Below, piece by piece: positions 51,736-63,500 of a stretch of 64,000 nt of DNA. Location: the IMG/VR virus record IMGVR_UViG_3300045988_132703. One strand, written 5' to 3'. A program made the position numbers and the translations under genes. Positions within the stretch are counted from its first letter, which is position 1, and the number at the start of each line of letters is the position of its first letter. A model generated the notes under the pieces. It was not told the origin of the DNA and did not search any database. It saw only the letters and a list, made by a program, of their open reading frames with translations. This DNA is from a virus.

Positions 51736-53758
51736 AATAAACGAGAACTCACTTTCTTAATTTTAGGTTTCTTTTGAAAATCTATTTCGTTTTCAATATA
51801 AGTTGAACTTTCTGCGGAAGTAATAGTTAAAGGGCTGTTAAAAGGAGGCAATTCTTCTTTTGGCTCTTTAAAATCTTCTCTTGTTGCAACCACTTCTTCA
51901 TTCACTTCCATATTTTCGTTTTCTTGCTCTTCATTGCCTAAACCAATTTCAGGAGTTAATTCAGTTTCATTAGATTCTTCTACTGAATTTTTAAGTTTTT
52001 CAGTATTAACAAAATAATCAGTTTTAAATTTAATTTCTTTAAAATCTTTTATTTCTTCATAATCACCAGTCGTGATAAGAATATCTTTTTCGCGGCAAGT
52101 ACCCAAATCAAGTATTGTCCAAATTTTTACTTGATTATACCTACTACGACGATTCTTATAAACATCAATAACATGAGTAGGCATTGGCAAACCAAGAGAT
52201 TCAATTAATGGAGAAATAGTTGCTTTCTCTTCATCACTAATTCTAACCATGATACAACCAACATCAGCTTTATCTGCCACGGCTTTTGAAGAACGAATAA
52301 AACTTTGATCACGCACTCCTCGACCATTTTTAAAATCGCCACTTAACTGAGTTGAACTTGACATAAAAATATGAAGTTCAGTAGCTAAATCTTTTAAAGC
52401 AGTTGATAGCAAGAAAAGTTGAACCGTTTAATCCAATGTTTCCATTGGCACTGACTATCTCTTAACTGTATTAAAACAGCTATACCCATTTCGATTAGCG
52501 TATCAATAGTTAATCTACTTCCTCTTGACAAGGAATAGTCGATACAGGATTTTATTCCCACGGGATTGCCCACAACTTTGCTTGTTTGGGTTTCCCCGTT
52601 AGCCATTTACATGACCCCGCTGATTAACGGAAAAGGTATATAAGAGGACATTCGTTTACACATATCCTCGCGCAGATTATTTGATTTAAATTCAGTCAAA
52701 AGTCCTGGACTTGAAAAAATATAATCATAAAAAACATACTCTATCTAATCAACTTGCTTATGATTTCTTACACAAGCTTCAATTTGATTAATAGACGGGT
52801 CTGGAATTTTATCCAAAATAAAATTATCGTTAAAACATTCAATTACATCAAGTGCTTCATCAATAATTTTTTCTTCGAGAAAATTACATTCCGCATTTAA
52901 AATTTTATCTTCATTAACACCAGATACATTTGCCAATAGCATTGTTTGGACTTCATCTCTATCCAACTCTGTTGTAATAAATAAAATTTTATTATTTAAT
53001 CCAGTATCAACCCAACATTCTTTATGCCAATCGTAATATTTAGGGATTGCTAATCTACAAGCATCTCCTACCGCAAGACGTGTTTTGCCTACGCCACTTC
53101 CTGCACTTCGAATATAATATTTACCTAATCTTGCGCCAGATACAACTGTATTATAAATAGAACCAGATAAAGGTTGCCCAATTTCTGGTTTCTTTTTTAA
53201 AGATTGTACTAACTCGCGCAAACCAACAGAAGCACCGGCGGAAGTATTCAAATCACTGGTATTATATTCTTTTTCTACTATTGATAAACGTTTTTTAACT
53301 TCATCAAAAATTGTAGAAATATCCGCCTGCTCAAAACGTTCTTGAGTTTCTTTGTAATTTGCAGCTAAAGGATTATCGCAATAAAAATAACTTATATCGA
53401 AGCCGCTCTTTTTAAGAGAACGGAGCAAAGAGTATTTTTTTAAACGATTATAATAATAATCAAAAGTATCTAGATTACTTAATCCTTCGCAGTCTTTAAT
53501 ATATTCAAGTCCATTGCGCTTTTCATATTCACTTTTTATTTCTTGGCGCTCTTGAAAGAAATTATCTAAATCGACAACACTAATCGTTCTCGCGCCAGAA
53601 GCATAAAAATTCTGAATTGCTTGATAAATATACCTATTCAACAAATCATCAAAATCTGTAAAATTTATATCGTATCTATCTGCTTGAGAAAGGATTGTCG
53701 TGTTTTTCATTAAGCATCCAATAACTTGCATCATTGAATTCTTATCAGACAATGGCAT
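51732..53758 (-). CDS. dnaB: DnaB-like replicative helicase, 2 exons / 1 intron (1 TAG)
   Basis: Exons are 52664..53758 and 51732..52424. Walker A is SAGSGVGKTRLAV. TAG at 52742-52744 is read through (…KQVD(Q)IEYVFYDYIF...). The junction is NLRED|VQLFLLSTALKDLATELHIFMSSSTQLSG. Confidence 0.7.
52425..52663 (-). mobile_element. group I intron dnaB-g (family III, T4 td-like)
   Basis: P1 is GAGGAT|...GTCCTC with a U.G. Core blocks are GGCTAACGGGGAAACCC, GGCAATCCCGTGGGAAT, GTATCGACTATTCC and AGATAGTCAGTGCC. The P9 hairpin is CCAATGGAAACATTGG, and the intron ends ATTAAACG. Confidence 0.8.
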
Positions 53759-53762
53759 TTAA

Positions 53763-54551
53763 TCACTCCAAATCTTTATAAAGTTCTGGGTTCGAAAAAC
53801 TTAAATCCCATCCATGAATACTTGCAATTCGTTGCTTCTTTTCATCTTCTGTTTCTACTTTCTTTTCTTTTGAAAAATCAATATCTACAATTTTAGAACC
53901 CATTTTAAAAGTAGCTGGGTTTATTTTTTGAGACGACTTTTCTATTGATTTAAAATATTCATTGGCATCTTCATAAATATATGGAACAATACCAATACCG
54001 CCATTAGCTTTTTCAATACTTTTATTTTTTACAATATACCAATAATTAAGAGCATTGTAAATGTCTTCATTGGTAAGTCCTTGCTTTATAAAAGTTATTC
54101 TTTGACGTTCTATTTTTTGGAAATCATATTTGCCAAAAGCAACTTTTAAAACACTATAAAGTTTATCAATCCATTGATCGTCTGCGCTAAAGTATTTTTC
54201 GTAACACTCTTTGTGCGCCCAACGAGTACCTACTCCAACCAAACAAGCATCATCAGTGTCTAAATCAATCATTTTATTACAGTATAAGCATTTTTTTGTT
54301 TTTGCCTTTTGCTCTGTAACAGTTCTACCATTTTTTTCAGCTTCTTCTTTTATCTTTTTAGCTGTTTTTAAACGATTAAATTCAGTAACTGGCATCCAAT
54401 TATATTGCTCGCCACAGTGTTGATGCGCATAACGGCGTGGATTTAGTTCTGTGCTGCCAAGCTCTTTAAGAGGACGTCCGTAAGGCTCAGTATTTCTATC
54501 AATAGGAAGTTCACAATAACAGCATTTTACAGGAGCTAATTTTCTTGCCAT
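53763..54551 (-). CDS. zinc-finger protein, possible replication initiation/helicase-loading factor (262 aa)
   Basis: Track ORF with two CxxC...HxxC-like clusters (CCYCE...HQHC and CLYCN...HKEC). The functional guess rests on position upstream of the helicase only. Confidence 0.4.
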   Translation of the reverse strand: MARKLAPVKCCYCELPIDRNTEPYGRPLKELGSTELNPRRYAHQHCGEQYNWMPVTEFNRLKTAKKIKEEAEKNGRTVTEQKAKTKKCLYCNKMIDLDTDDACLVGVGTRWAHKECYEKYFSADDQWIDKLYSVLKVAFGKYDFQKIERQRITFIKQGLTNEDIYNALNYWYIVKNKSIEKANGGIGIVPYIYEDANEYFKSIEKSSQKINPATFKMGSKIVDIDFSKEKKVETEDEKKQRIASIHGWDLSFSNPELYKDLE

Positions 54552-54583
54552 AATTTATTCCTCTCATATTTTCTTCTATAAAT

Positions 54584-54612
54584 ATTATATCATAACTAAA
54601 AACTTTTGTCAA
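54584..54612 (-). promoter_or_regulatory. middle-class promoter
   Basis: On the minus strand, TTGACA (54612-54607) is separated by 17 nt from TATAAT (54589-54584), followed by ATTTATAGAAG. Confidence 0.7.
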
Positions 54613-54613
54613 T

Positions 54614-54641
54614 AAAAAAGGAGAGAACTTGCGTTCTCCCC
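54614..54641 (-). terminator. Rho-independent terminator
   Basis: On the minus strand, GGGGAGAAC-GCAA-GTTCTCTCC is followed by TTTTTT, abutting the -35 of the next promoter. Confidence 0.7.
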
Positions 54642-54651
54642 AGTAATCTAT

Positions 54652-55635
54652 TTATAGAGTTTTATATAAATCTTCCAAATCAGAAACAGTAAGCTCAAGT
54701 GCATCCTGTTGTGCCGGAGTAGTTTGAGAAAGAAGAACTTGGGAACCAAAATTCTTCTCAATAATATGATTCATCTCACCAACGGTGGTATCTGAATCGT
54801 TCTTTTCAAGAATTTTAATCCAAATGTCTTTTGCTTCTGCCATCACTTCATCAAAAGGACGAACTTCAGATTGATAGAAGTTATCTCCTTTTTCAACAGT
54901 TCCCTCAGAGCCAACTTGCTTATCAATAGCATCATTAACGGCATCAACTAATTCTTGATAACCAAATTTTGCTTTGTCAGGAATATAGCGGAAACGAGAA
55001 CCGGCTTGCATATGTTTATTGCCTTTAAAGTACATATAGCGAGTACCAATTTCATCTTCCGCACTGCTATATTCAATGCCAATATAGATAATAAAATCGA
55101 CTAATTTATTTACGATGTTTGCGGCGATAGATGGACAAGCAGGGATAATTCGAGGATATTCTTCTCCATTCTCCTTAATAGTTTTTTCTTGCGCGTGGCT
55201 GATAAAAATAATACCATAACCCATCATTGCAATGTCGCGGAAAATTTTAGAAAACTCTTTCTTGAGTTTTGTCCAACCACCGCCATAAGGAATATCGCCA
55301 ATAGATTGAACTCCATTAGTACTGCAAATATATTGTTCACAAAGATCATAAGCAATATCTACGGTATCTATTGAAACAAAATCAAATTTCTCTTTTACTT
55401 TATCATTGGCCAACTGCTTTACCGCAAGTTTAAAATCTTTCCAAGAAGTAATATTAATTTTATAAATATTATTCAAGCCATTAGTACCTGGCTCAAAAGA
55501 AAAAATCAAAGACTTCGGGAAAGAAGCTACAAGACTAGTCTTTCCAATTTTAGGAAGGCCATAAGCTAAAATATATTTGCCTTTAAGGTCTCTTGAAATT
55601 TTAGTAGGTTCCAAATTTAATAAATCAATAGCCAT
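54652..55635 (-). CDS. AAA/RecA-like ATPase (Sak4-type), 327 aa
   Basis: Walker A is GLPKIGKTSLVAS, and the Walker B-like segment is DFVSIDTVD. Confidence 0.6.
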   Translation of the reverse strand: MAIDLLNLEPTKISRDLKGKYILAYGLPKIGKTSLVASFPKSLIFSFEPGTNGLNNIYKINITSWKDFKLAVKQLANDKVKEKFDFVSIDTVDIAYDLCEQYICSTNGVQSIGDIPYGGGWTKLKKEFSKIFRDIAMMGYGIIFISHAQEKTIKENGEEYPRIIPACPSIAANIVNKLVDFIIYIGIEYSSAEDEIGTRYMYFKGNKHMQAGSRFRYIPDKAKFGYQELVDAVNDAIDKQVGSEGTVEKGDNFYQSEVRPFDEVMAEAKDIWIKILEKNDSDTTVGEMNHIIEKNFGSQVLLSQTTPAQQDALELTVSDLEDLYKTL

Positions 55636-55672
55636 GTTATTTACTCCATATATTATATCTCAACTTTCATTT

Positions 55673-55702
55673 TAAAATAAAAAGGAGTGGATTGCTCCAC
55701 TC
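55673..55702 (-). terminator. Rho-independent terminator
   Basis: On the minus strand, GGAGTGGAGCAATCCACTCC is followed by TTTTTATTTT. Confidence 0.7.
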
Positions 55703-55713
55703 CCTAAAATTTC

Positions 55714-56601
55714 TTAGAAACCGCGGCTTAAACGATTTGCGTTAGCTTTAGGAGCAGCAGTTTGAGTATTCTTTAAACGCTCTTCAGTTACGCGCTTCTT
55801 TTCATTTAGTGCCGGAGCAACTTCGTCGATGTTATAAGCATTATCTTCGTCATACGGTGCGGAACCAGCAGTTACAATGAACTCGTGAATGTTACGAGTG
55901 CGAACTTTAGTAGGAGCTTCACCGAAAGCAGTTACATCAGCACTAGTAACTTCAACAGTTTCAGAACCATAACGAATCTTACCGCTCAATTTAACGGTGT
56001 TCTCTGGCTCCCAATTCTGCTCAATATAAGAAACAGCTTGAGGATTCTCAACAATATAACGAATCTTATCGGGAGTACCGTTATACTGAATTACAAGACC
56101 ATCAACCAACATACGACCAGTGGTCTCTTCATTCTTAACTTCATCTGCGACATTGGCAATGACAATTTCCTGCTCAAAAGATGCATCCTCTTCCTCTGCC
56201 GCAACGCCAGAACGCTTAGAGAAAAAAGAACCATTAATTACAGTAGTGGAAACAATAGTACCATCGCGTCCAAGGAAATTATTTTCCTGAAGACGACAAT
56301 TGCACTCATAAGAATCTGCCTTAGTCGGATCACCAGTTGCTGCAACAGAAATACCCTTAGTCATCAAATCTTTTGCATTCTGATATGCAGGATTAGGTTT
56401 GCCAGCATTGGTTTTCTCAAATGCGAAAACACGAACTGGAATAACTTCAGTTTCCTCAATATCGCTTACCATTTGATTGACAAGGAAAGTAACATCACCG
56501 CTGATATAATGGCGGCCGTCCTTTGAACTGTCACGCTCCTGCAAATTAATTTCATTGAGTCTGCCGAGAATATGTACATTATTATATGCTTGCTTCAACA
56601 T
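55714..56601 (-). CDS. putative single-stranded DNA-binding protein (295 aa)
   Basis: Track ORF in the replication module, with strong expression signals and an acidic/aromatic-poor C-terminal tail. The assignment is tentative. Confidence 0.35.
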   Translation of the reverse strand: MLKQAYNNVHILGRLNEINLQERDSSKDGRHYISGDVTFLVNQMVSDIEETEVIPVRVFAFEKTNAGKPNPAYQNAKDLMTKGISVAATGDPTKADSYECNCRLQENNFLGRDGTIVSTTVINGSFFSKRSGVAAEEEDASFEQEIVIANVADEVKNEETTGRMLVDGLVIQYNGTPDKIRYIVENPQAVSYIEQNWEPENTVKLSGKIRYGSETVEVTSADVTAFGEAPTKVRTRNIHEFIVTAGSAPYDEDNAYNIDEVAPALNEKKRVTEERLKNTQTAAPKANANRLSRGF

Positions 56602-56636
56602 AAAACTTTCTCCAAATATTTTCTTTTTATAATTAT

Positions 56637-56665
56637 ATTATATTACAATATTATATTAAAGTCAA
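56637..56665 (-). promoter_or_regulatory. promoter TTGACT-17-TATAAT
   Basis: The plus strand shows ATTATA 56637-56642 and AGTCAA 56660-56665. Confidence 0.6.
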
Positions 56666-56673
56666 AATTTTAT

Positions 56674-56700
56674 AAAAGAAAAGGGGAGTAAAACTCCCCT
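56674..56700 (-). terminator. Rho-independent terminator
   Basis: On the minus strand, AGGGGAGTTTTACTCCCCT is followed by TTTCTTTT. Confidence 0.7.
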
Positions 56701-56722
56701 AAATTATATTTTGGTGTATCTA

Positions 56723-57046
56723 TTACTCAGCGCTCTTTGCAGCCTTAGCAGCAGCCTTAGCAGCTTTCTCAGCAGCCTTACGCTCGGCTTCCTCAGCCTC
56801 AGCCTTCTCAGGATCGAAAGCCATGCCCTCGTCAGTCAAAGCAATATACTTAACAGTGGTCTTCTTACCCTCAACCTCGATAACATCCTCGGTACGAACG
56901 GCATAGCCCTTACGAACAAGACCATTGACAGAACCAGTAACAGCAGAAACGGTAATGCCGAGCTTCTCAGCAATCTCGCCAGCAGTCAAATTAACATCAT
57001 GATTGTCGTGAAGAAAATGAAATACATTCTTAGAATTCTCAGTCAT
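56723..57046 (-). CDS. winged-helix DNA-binding protein with Ala/Lys/Glu-rich tail (107 aa)
   Basis: It has LTAGEIAEKLGITVSAVTGSVNGLVRKGYAV (HTH-like). The C-terminal tail is AEAEEAERKAAEKAAKAAAKAAKSAE. Confidence 0.55.
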   Translation of the reverse strand: MTENSKNVFHFLHDNHDVNLTAGEIAEKLGITVSAVTGSVNGLVRKGYAVRTEDVIEVEGKKTTVKYIALTDEGMAFDPEKAEAEEAERKAAEKAAKAAAKAAKSAE

Positions 57047-57124
57047 AATAGAATTACTCCTTAAACTTAAATACTTTTTAATTTATAAACATTTTAGAAA
57101 ACCTTTTCTTGATTTTCTATAAAT

Positions 57125-57153
57125 ATTATAGCATAAACATTATTGAAAGTCAA
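57125..57153 (-). promoter_or_regulatory. middle-class promoter (proximal of two tandem copies)
   Basis: TTGACT-17-TATAAT-ATTTATAGAAAA on the minus strand. Confidence 0.65.
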
Positions 57154-57234
57154 TTATTTAATAGCTTTTATTTTCAAAATTTAATTTTGAATAAATTTAA
57201 TATTTAATTTTCTATCTCTTAACTTTCTATAAAT

Positions 57235-57263
57235 ATTATAGCACATCGCGCGGTAAAAATCAA
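57235..57263 (-). promoter_or_regulatory. middle-class promoter (distal copy)
   Basis: TTGATT-17-TATAAT-ATTTATAGAAAG on the minus strand. The -35 overlaps the upstream stop codon. Confidence 0.55.
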
Positions 57264-57583
57264 GTAACTGATTTGTCAAGTTCCTCAATAAATTTTGTGA
57301 CTAGAGGAATTGTTAAATCAACTTTTTCCTTTTGAGTATTAAGGACGCGCAGACGATGTTCCATAATCATTTTTAATTGTTTTTCATTATAATCAGAAAT
57401 ATCATCATTGATAAGTTTATCCATCAAACTTTTATATTCTTCTATTGTATTACGAATCGTTTCTTTTGGACTATCTTTCAAGCCAGTATCTTTTGCGCTC
57501 TCAAGAAAGTTTTCTAAGTCTCGAATAGTAGTTTCAATAGACATAGTTAAAAGACCAAAGTTGTCTTTAATACACTATTTCAT
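57260..57583 (-). CDS. hypothetical protein (107 aa; TAG at codon 3)
   Basis: RBS AGAGGTG lies 6 nt before the ATG at 57583. ATG AAA TAG ... is in frame with track ORF 57260..57544. If TAG is a stop, the start would be 57544, which has no SD. Confidence 0.5.
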
Positions 57584-57614
57584 CGGAAACACCTCTGTTT
57601 GATTTTCTATAATT

Positions 57615-57643
57615 AGTATAACATACAAAACAAAAAAAGTCAA
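57615..57643 (-). promoter_or_regulatory. promoter TTGACT-17-TATACT with its -35 inside the terminator stem
   Basis: The plus strand shows AGTATA 57615-57620 and AGTCAA 57638-57643. Confidence 0.55.
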
Positions 57644-57662
57644 GGTAATGACACCTTGACTT
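57632..57662 (-). terminator. Rho-independent terminator after the topoisomerase A gene
   Basis: On the minus strand, AAGTCAAGG-TGTCATTA-CCTTGACTT is followed by TTTTTT. Confidence 0.7.
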
Positions 57663-57668
57663 AAATAT

Positions 57669-60588
57669 TTATTCGACAATTAATCCGGTTACATATTGCC
57701 CATCTTTAAGATTAATAGATTTTACGCCAACCGTTGCACGACTAGTAGTAGGAATTTCATTCAAAGAAATTTTTATAATTGCTCCTGTACTAGCAACAGA
57801 AACAGTTTTTGAATCTTCGCGCACGGGTGCAAAGCCAGCTAATTTATCCCCATCATTTAGCTTATGAATAATTGCTCCTTTTGCTGCGCGGGAAGTAACT
57901 GAAAATTCATCTAAATCAGTCTTTTTAACTTGTCCTGCTTCAGTTACGGAGATAAGCTCCTTAGCATCTTTTCTAATGACACAAGCGTCACAAACTTCAT
58001 CACCAGGGCGCAGAGTAATTCCACGGACACCGATAGTATTTCTACCTTGAGTATTAATTTCAGTTAATGGGAAAATAACGACATAGCCGTTTTTGGTAGT
58101 GATCGCGAGATTATCTTTATTATTCACAATCATTACTCTTTTAATAAAATCACCATCAGTTAATTTAATCGCAGAAACGCCTTTAATACGCTTAATATTA
58201 TATTCTCTTAAAAGAGTCTTTTTAACAGTTCCCTTTTGAGTAACAAAAAGGACTTCTTCTCCTTGAGATTTATCTGTATCGCTGACAATATAAGTAATTG
58301 TCTCGTCAGGCGCGAGTTCAAGGATTGTACTAATTGGAGTTCTGCAATCAAGAGTGAGATTACTTAGTGCAAGATTGTATACTTTACCAAGAGAACTAAA
58401 AAGTAAAAGATTATTTAGATTAGAATCTTTTACCGTTTGAATAATTTGCTCATTATTGCCTAACTTAACTTTCATACCTCTGCCGCGACGTGCAGTGATA
58501 AGAGTAGTATCTTCATAAGCGTAAAGAGTATTTAAATTAGTTAAATGAACAACCATTTGTTTCTTTTCTATTGGCTCATCGGTCTCTTCATTAATGGTTA
58601 AATTCATAATTTGAGTGCGACGTTCGTCACCAAACTTTGATGCAACATCCTGCCAACCTTTAATTAATTGTTTATCAAATTCTTCTTCATTATCAAGAAT
58701 ATATCTTAATCCATCAATTTTTGCAGTAAGTTCTTCAGCTTCTTTTTCAAATTTCTCAACTTCCATGTGCGCTAAGCGAGAAAGTTTAATATCAAGAATT
58801 GCTTTAGCTTGAATTTCATCAAGTAAAAAGTTAGATTGCAAATTTTTATTTGCCTCTGCCGTTGAAGAAGATTTTTTGATTACTTCAATAACTTCTTCGA
58901 TTCGTGCAAGCGCAATTAAAATGCCTTCAACAATATGAAGTCTTGCTTCTGCTTTTGCTAAATCATATTCATAACCACGACGATAAACTACTTTCTCATG
59001 GTCAATATGAGCTTGAAGCAATTCTCTCCATCCAAATACTCTTGGGAAACGGCCATTATCAAGCATCGTCATATTAATGCTAAAATGATGCTGTAAAGAT
59101 GTTTCTTTATAAAGAATCTGAAGCACTTTAGAAACATTGGCTTTTTTAGTAAGATAAATTTTAATATTAGGAGTAGAACCTGTCAAATCATTATAGCGCT
59201 CAATACCAGGACAAAGTCCTTCATTTAAAATTCTATCAAGCTCTCCACGAATTGTTCCAGTATAAACGCTATAAGGGATTTCTTTAACAATTAAACAATT
59301 TTCACTCTCGTCATACTCAATAACAGAGCGGAGTTTGCAAGCTTTACCAACACCATTCTTAATACTTTCTTTTACTTCGTCAGCATTAAGTAAAATTGCT
59401 CCAGTGGCGAAATCTGGCGCGCAATAAATTTCATCAAAATCGCAGTCTGGATTTTGAAGCAAAGTAATTAAAGCGTTATTTACATCTTTAATATTAAATT
59501 GAGGACAACTAGAGCTTGCGGCGACCATGCCGCTCCACCATTTCGGGTGGCACTGACTATCTTTTACTTTCTATAAATAGAAAGGACACCATTTCAGACT
59601 GTGTACCAATAACAGCCTTACTCCCCCGATTCGGGGATAGTCGATACAGGATTTATTTTAATATGTCTATATCTTCGACCGCAATATATATCATTAAAAT
59701 ATTTCCCACGGGATTGCCTTCTAATTGTAAAATGCTATTCCAATTCCAAAACTTTAATTTTTAAATTAAATTTGGCATTACAATCGTTCAGGTTTCCCCG
59801 TTAGCCACATTAAGTGACCCCGCTGGTAAGCGGTAAAGTGTTACACAGGCAATTCTTAATTACCAATTCCACTAGTGCCATTGACAATATTAAAATAGCC
59901 CTTTCCAGTTAAAACGGCAGGATATTGTTCTGTGTCATCGTAATTATCTCGCCATTCTTTAATGGTATTTTTTTCAATATCTTTGAATAGATATTCAGCG
60001 AGAGGGGACAAACGTGCAGAAGTATAACGAGGAGCAGACCAGTTTCCGCTTTCTGCGAGAGTACCGTAAGCGCCATCTACTTCAACCAAAGGATAGCGCA
60101 TAGAGAATGGTTGCCCCGCACGCATAATAACTCCAACACAAGATGAGTCCAAAATGTTATCCTAAAAGCTTTTTATCTTTTAGTTCTTACAATTTCTTGT
60201 AAGTTCAGCATATCTTTTTAGCTCGCGCTATCGGGGCCTCGTGGAGAGATTATATCTTTTCACTCTCTATGCGTTGCGGCTGGCTATATTAAATATAGCC
60301 TTCACCTCTGATTAGCTTGACTTAAAGTTTTAGCCTTCCAGATTTTTTCCCCAATTTAACCACGGCAATTCAATCTTTACCGTGGATATACATTCTCATT
60401 GCTGAGCCTACTGCTTTCAAAGTCTTTTTAAAAGGCTTATCAGCAGTAAATTTATCTGTTTTCATACAGTAGAAAATTTGCCGAGCGGACGGTTTCAAAA
60501 AATCTCGCGCATCCACGAGAGCGCGAGACTGCAAAACCGCACCAGAATATTGAGCAAAACTTTCTTCAATAATCGGTGTTAGTTCCAT
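57669..60588 (-). CDS. type IIA topoisomerase subunit A (GyrA/ParC-like), 3 exons / 2 introns (784 aa)
   Basis: Exons are 60379..60588, 59862..60149 and 57669..59525. The spliced product reads ...SRALVDARDFLKPSARQIFY...MRMYIHG|DSSCVGVIMRAGQPFSMRYPLVEVDGAYG...APRYTSARL...NGTSGIG|VAASSSCPQFN... The C-terminal part has repeated beta-pinwheel-like blades. Confidence 0.8.
59526..59861 (-). mobile_element. group I intron topoA-h (family III)
   Basis: The minus strand has TGGCTAACGGGGAAACC, GGCAATCCCGTGGGAAAT, GTATCGACTATCCCC and AGATAGTCAGTGCC, with a P9 hairpin CCACCCGAAATGGTGG. The 3' boundary was set by analogy and by frame. Confidence 0.7.
60150..60378 (-). mobile_element. group I intron topoA-j (family V)
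   Basis: P1 is CCACGGT|AAAGATTGAATT GCCGTGG with a U.G. The 3' half GCAACGCATAGAGA...CCACGAGGCC...AAAAAGATATGCTGAACTTACAAG...TAGGATAACATTTTG matches terL-A. Confidence 0.8.
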
Positions 60589-60589
60589 A

Positions 60590-63500
60590 TTACTCCTTTA
60601 TTTCTGAAAAGTCAATTTTACTAAATACAAAATCTTTACGAGGTTGAACATCCTCGCCCATCAAATCATAAAGCATTTGAATAGAATCATCATCTGAGAC
60701 AAGAATATCCATTCGTTGATTCTCAGGATTAAACATAGATTCTTTTGCTTTTGCTGCACTCAATGCGCCCAAGCCTTTTTCACGACTAACATCGCCTTTA
60801 ATTTGCGCTCGAGCTTTGTTAAACTCTTCATCGCTGTAAAAATAAGTGTGTTTCTTACCATTTGTAACAATGTAAAGAGGAGAGCGTAACCAGCATAGTC
60901 TATGCTCTTGAATGAACTCAGGAGCAAGATATTGTAGTGCAGACATAATAAGCAAACCAATATGATAACCATCGGACATTTATACCCTAGCTTTCGCTAT
61001 ATTTCAAGGGATTAGACTATACAATCTCAGTAGAGTCAGTATTATAGTCGTTGAACGTTTTTCCTTTTAAGGAAACTTCGCTGCGCTTGATTACCCAATC
61101 TTCAATGATATTACTGTACCGTTCCCGTTACTGAACGCCACCAAAATAATTACTTACTTGGTTTAGTTATTGAAGCTCTAAGGGACTTCCCGCAATTTAA
61201 CTGATTTAGTGCGGACTCAACTTTTGGTTAATCCGCATCCGAACAAATAGCAATTCGTCCATAACGTAGTTTAGAAGAATTGTATTTTCCGGGGATAATA
61301 TTCATCGCACTTAGGAGCAATTTAATTTCTTCATTTTCAAAAATTTTATCCTCGCTATTGGATAGGCAATTAATAATTTTCGCGTAATCCATTATTTCTA
61401 ATGGTGCTGACTATCTTTTAATAGAAAATTCTATTACAGCCATTTCGAACTATGTATCAATAATAGTCCTACGAGCCGATTAAGGCATCTAGTCGATACA
61501 GGTATTTTATTCCCACGGGATTGCCTTGCCTGCATAGGTTTAGGTTTCCCCGTTAGCCGCAATGAGCGACCCCACTGATAAGTGGCAAAGCTGTATTAGG
61601 GCAATTTTGTTTACCCCTAATGGCCAAAATTCCGTAATGCTTTTCATCTCGCGCAATGGCCATAGCTGCCGCAGCAGAATTTCCTTCTACAATTAAGAGA
61701 GTTGAATCTTGCCCAAGATATTCTGCATCAGACAATTTATCAGAAGAAAAAACTTTTCTCTTTTGATTCTTCTCAATATCTTTAGTTGCATTTAGAACAG
61801 CTGTTCTTGCTTTTTCTGCTGCTTTTTCTGCTTTTTCTTCCTTGGTAAGAAAATCTTCAATTTTCTTTTCTTCATTGGGATATTGTAAGCAGAACTTCTC
61901 AAATCCTTCGCTAAAAGCTTTACTTGCAAGACTGCGCAATTCTGGATTGTTAATCTTCGTTTTTGTTTGATTAGCGAAAGAAGGATTAACAACTTTACAA
62001 CTAACTGCATAAACCAAACCAGTTCGTGCAAGCTCGCCAGTTAAACTTTTAATTTTCTTTTGAAGAGTTTTAGTAATTGAAGTTTTTAGACCAGTGATAG
62101 GAGTACCACCTTCAGCATTAGCAACACCATTTGTGAAACAATAAAAATGTTCATTGCGCGCTTTCGTCCAAACACAAGCAATTTCAACTGAATTTGTTCC
62201 ATCGCTTAAAAAGTAAGAAATCGGATTTTCATGAACTTTATTTGCAGCTTTTTGCATAACCAAATCCATAAGACCATTTTCACTTTTATAGGTAATACTT
62301 TGTGCTGGAGAGACAGTTTCATCTCGAAGTTCAAAAGTCAATCCTTTGGTTAGAAAACTTAAATTTTCACAAGTCTTACATAAATGCTCAAATTTAATTT
62401 CAATAGGCTCAAGATTAAAGACTTGCGCATCTGGCTTATATTTTACAAAAGTACCGTTGGGCAAATTTTTATCATTATTCACTTCGGTATAATCAATCAT
62501 ATTTCCGCGTTCAAAACAAATTGAAGCTACTCGATTATCACGAACTGACACAACTGAAAATTCTTCAGATGAAAGGCAAGTAGCTTTCGCTCCAATCTTA
62601 AATATTCAACAAGAGTCGTTAATTCCTGCCCGCGACTTTACTCGCTGCTCATAGTTTCCTATGAGAATAGACTATATCTTTTTCAATCCCATTTCGACTC
62701 ACTTGAGTCTACTCTACTAATTATCTCTTGATAATTTATACCTAATAATTTATTCCAATCTGGACATTTATTTTCAAGAAGATATTTTTCGATAGTCGTT
62801 GAACTTTCATCTATAATATAACCAAATTCTCTCATTTTGTTAATTCTAAAAAGTATTGCTTGGCGTAGCGCTTCGTCTGCGCCGTATTTTCCAATTGAAA
62901 AACTTTTTTGTTTTTGCAATTTTCTTTTGTCATTATATCTGGTATCATTTTCAAAAGTAGACCAGCGAACCCGGATTCTTGGAGTTCCTCTAGCCCCTTT
63001 TTCTATGCTAATGCCATTAAAATTAAAAGAATTTGATTTAATTGGTTTAGAGTTCTTTTTATTTTCAGAACAGGTAACTAATCTTAAATTGGACTTTTGA
63101 TTATTTAATCCATTGCCATCTATGTGATCAACTATGATTTTAGGATTGGTTACTTTCATAATATAACGATGTGCTTTTCCATAAGTATCATGCTGAGCAT
63201 AATCAGTTCTTGAATTATGCAATTCTTTTGGTACCAAATACCAACCACTCTTAGGAAAAGTTTCATAATCCTCATCGTCTAAAAGAATCTCTTTTCCGCA
63301 TTTCATTAAAAATTTTTTCATCTATAACCTCTTTATAGGGTTATATTATAGATGCTTAGCTGCGTTAGGTTATCCAATCTTTAACGATTTTACTATACCG
63401 TTCCCGTTACTGAACGCCATTTAATTATTACTAATTAAATTTAGTTGTTAAAGCTCTAAGGAATTTCCCGCAATTAAAGATTTTTTAGAACAGCTATGAA

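Noticed and set aside
55885-56526. A 213-aa plus-strand ORF antisense to the 55714..56601 gene.
   Set aside because: It has no expression signals and a low-complexity, Ile/Asn/Ser-rich product. The minus-strand gene has a promoter, an SD and a terminator.
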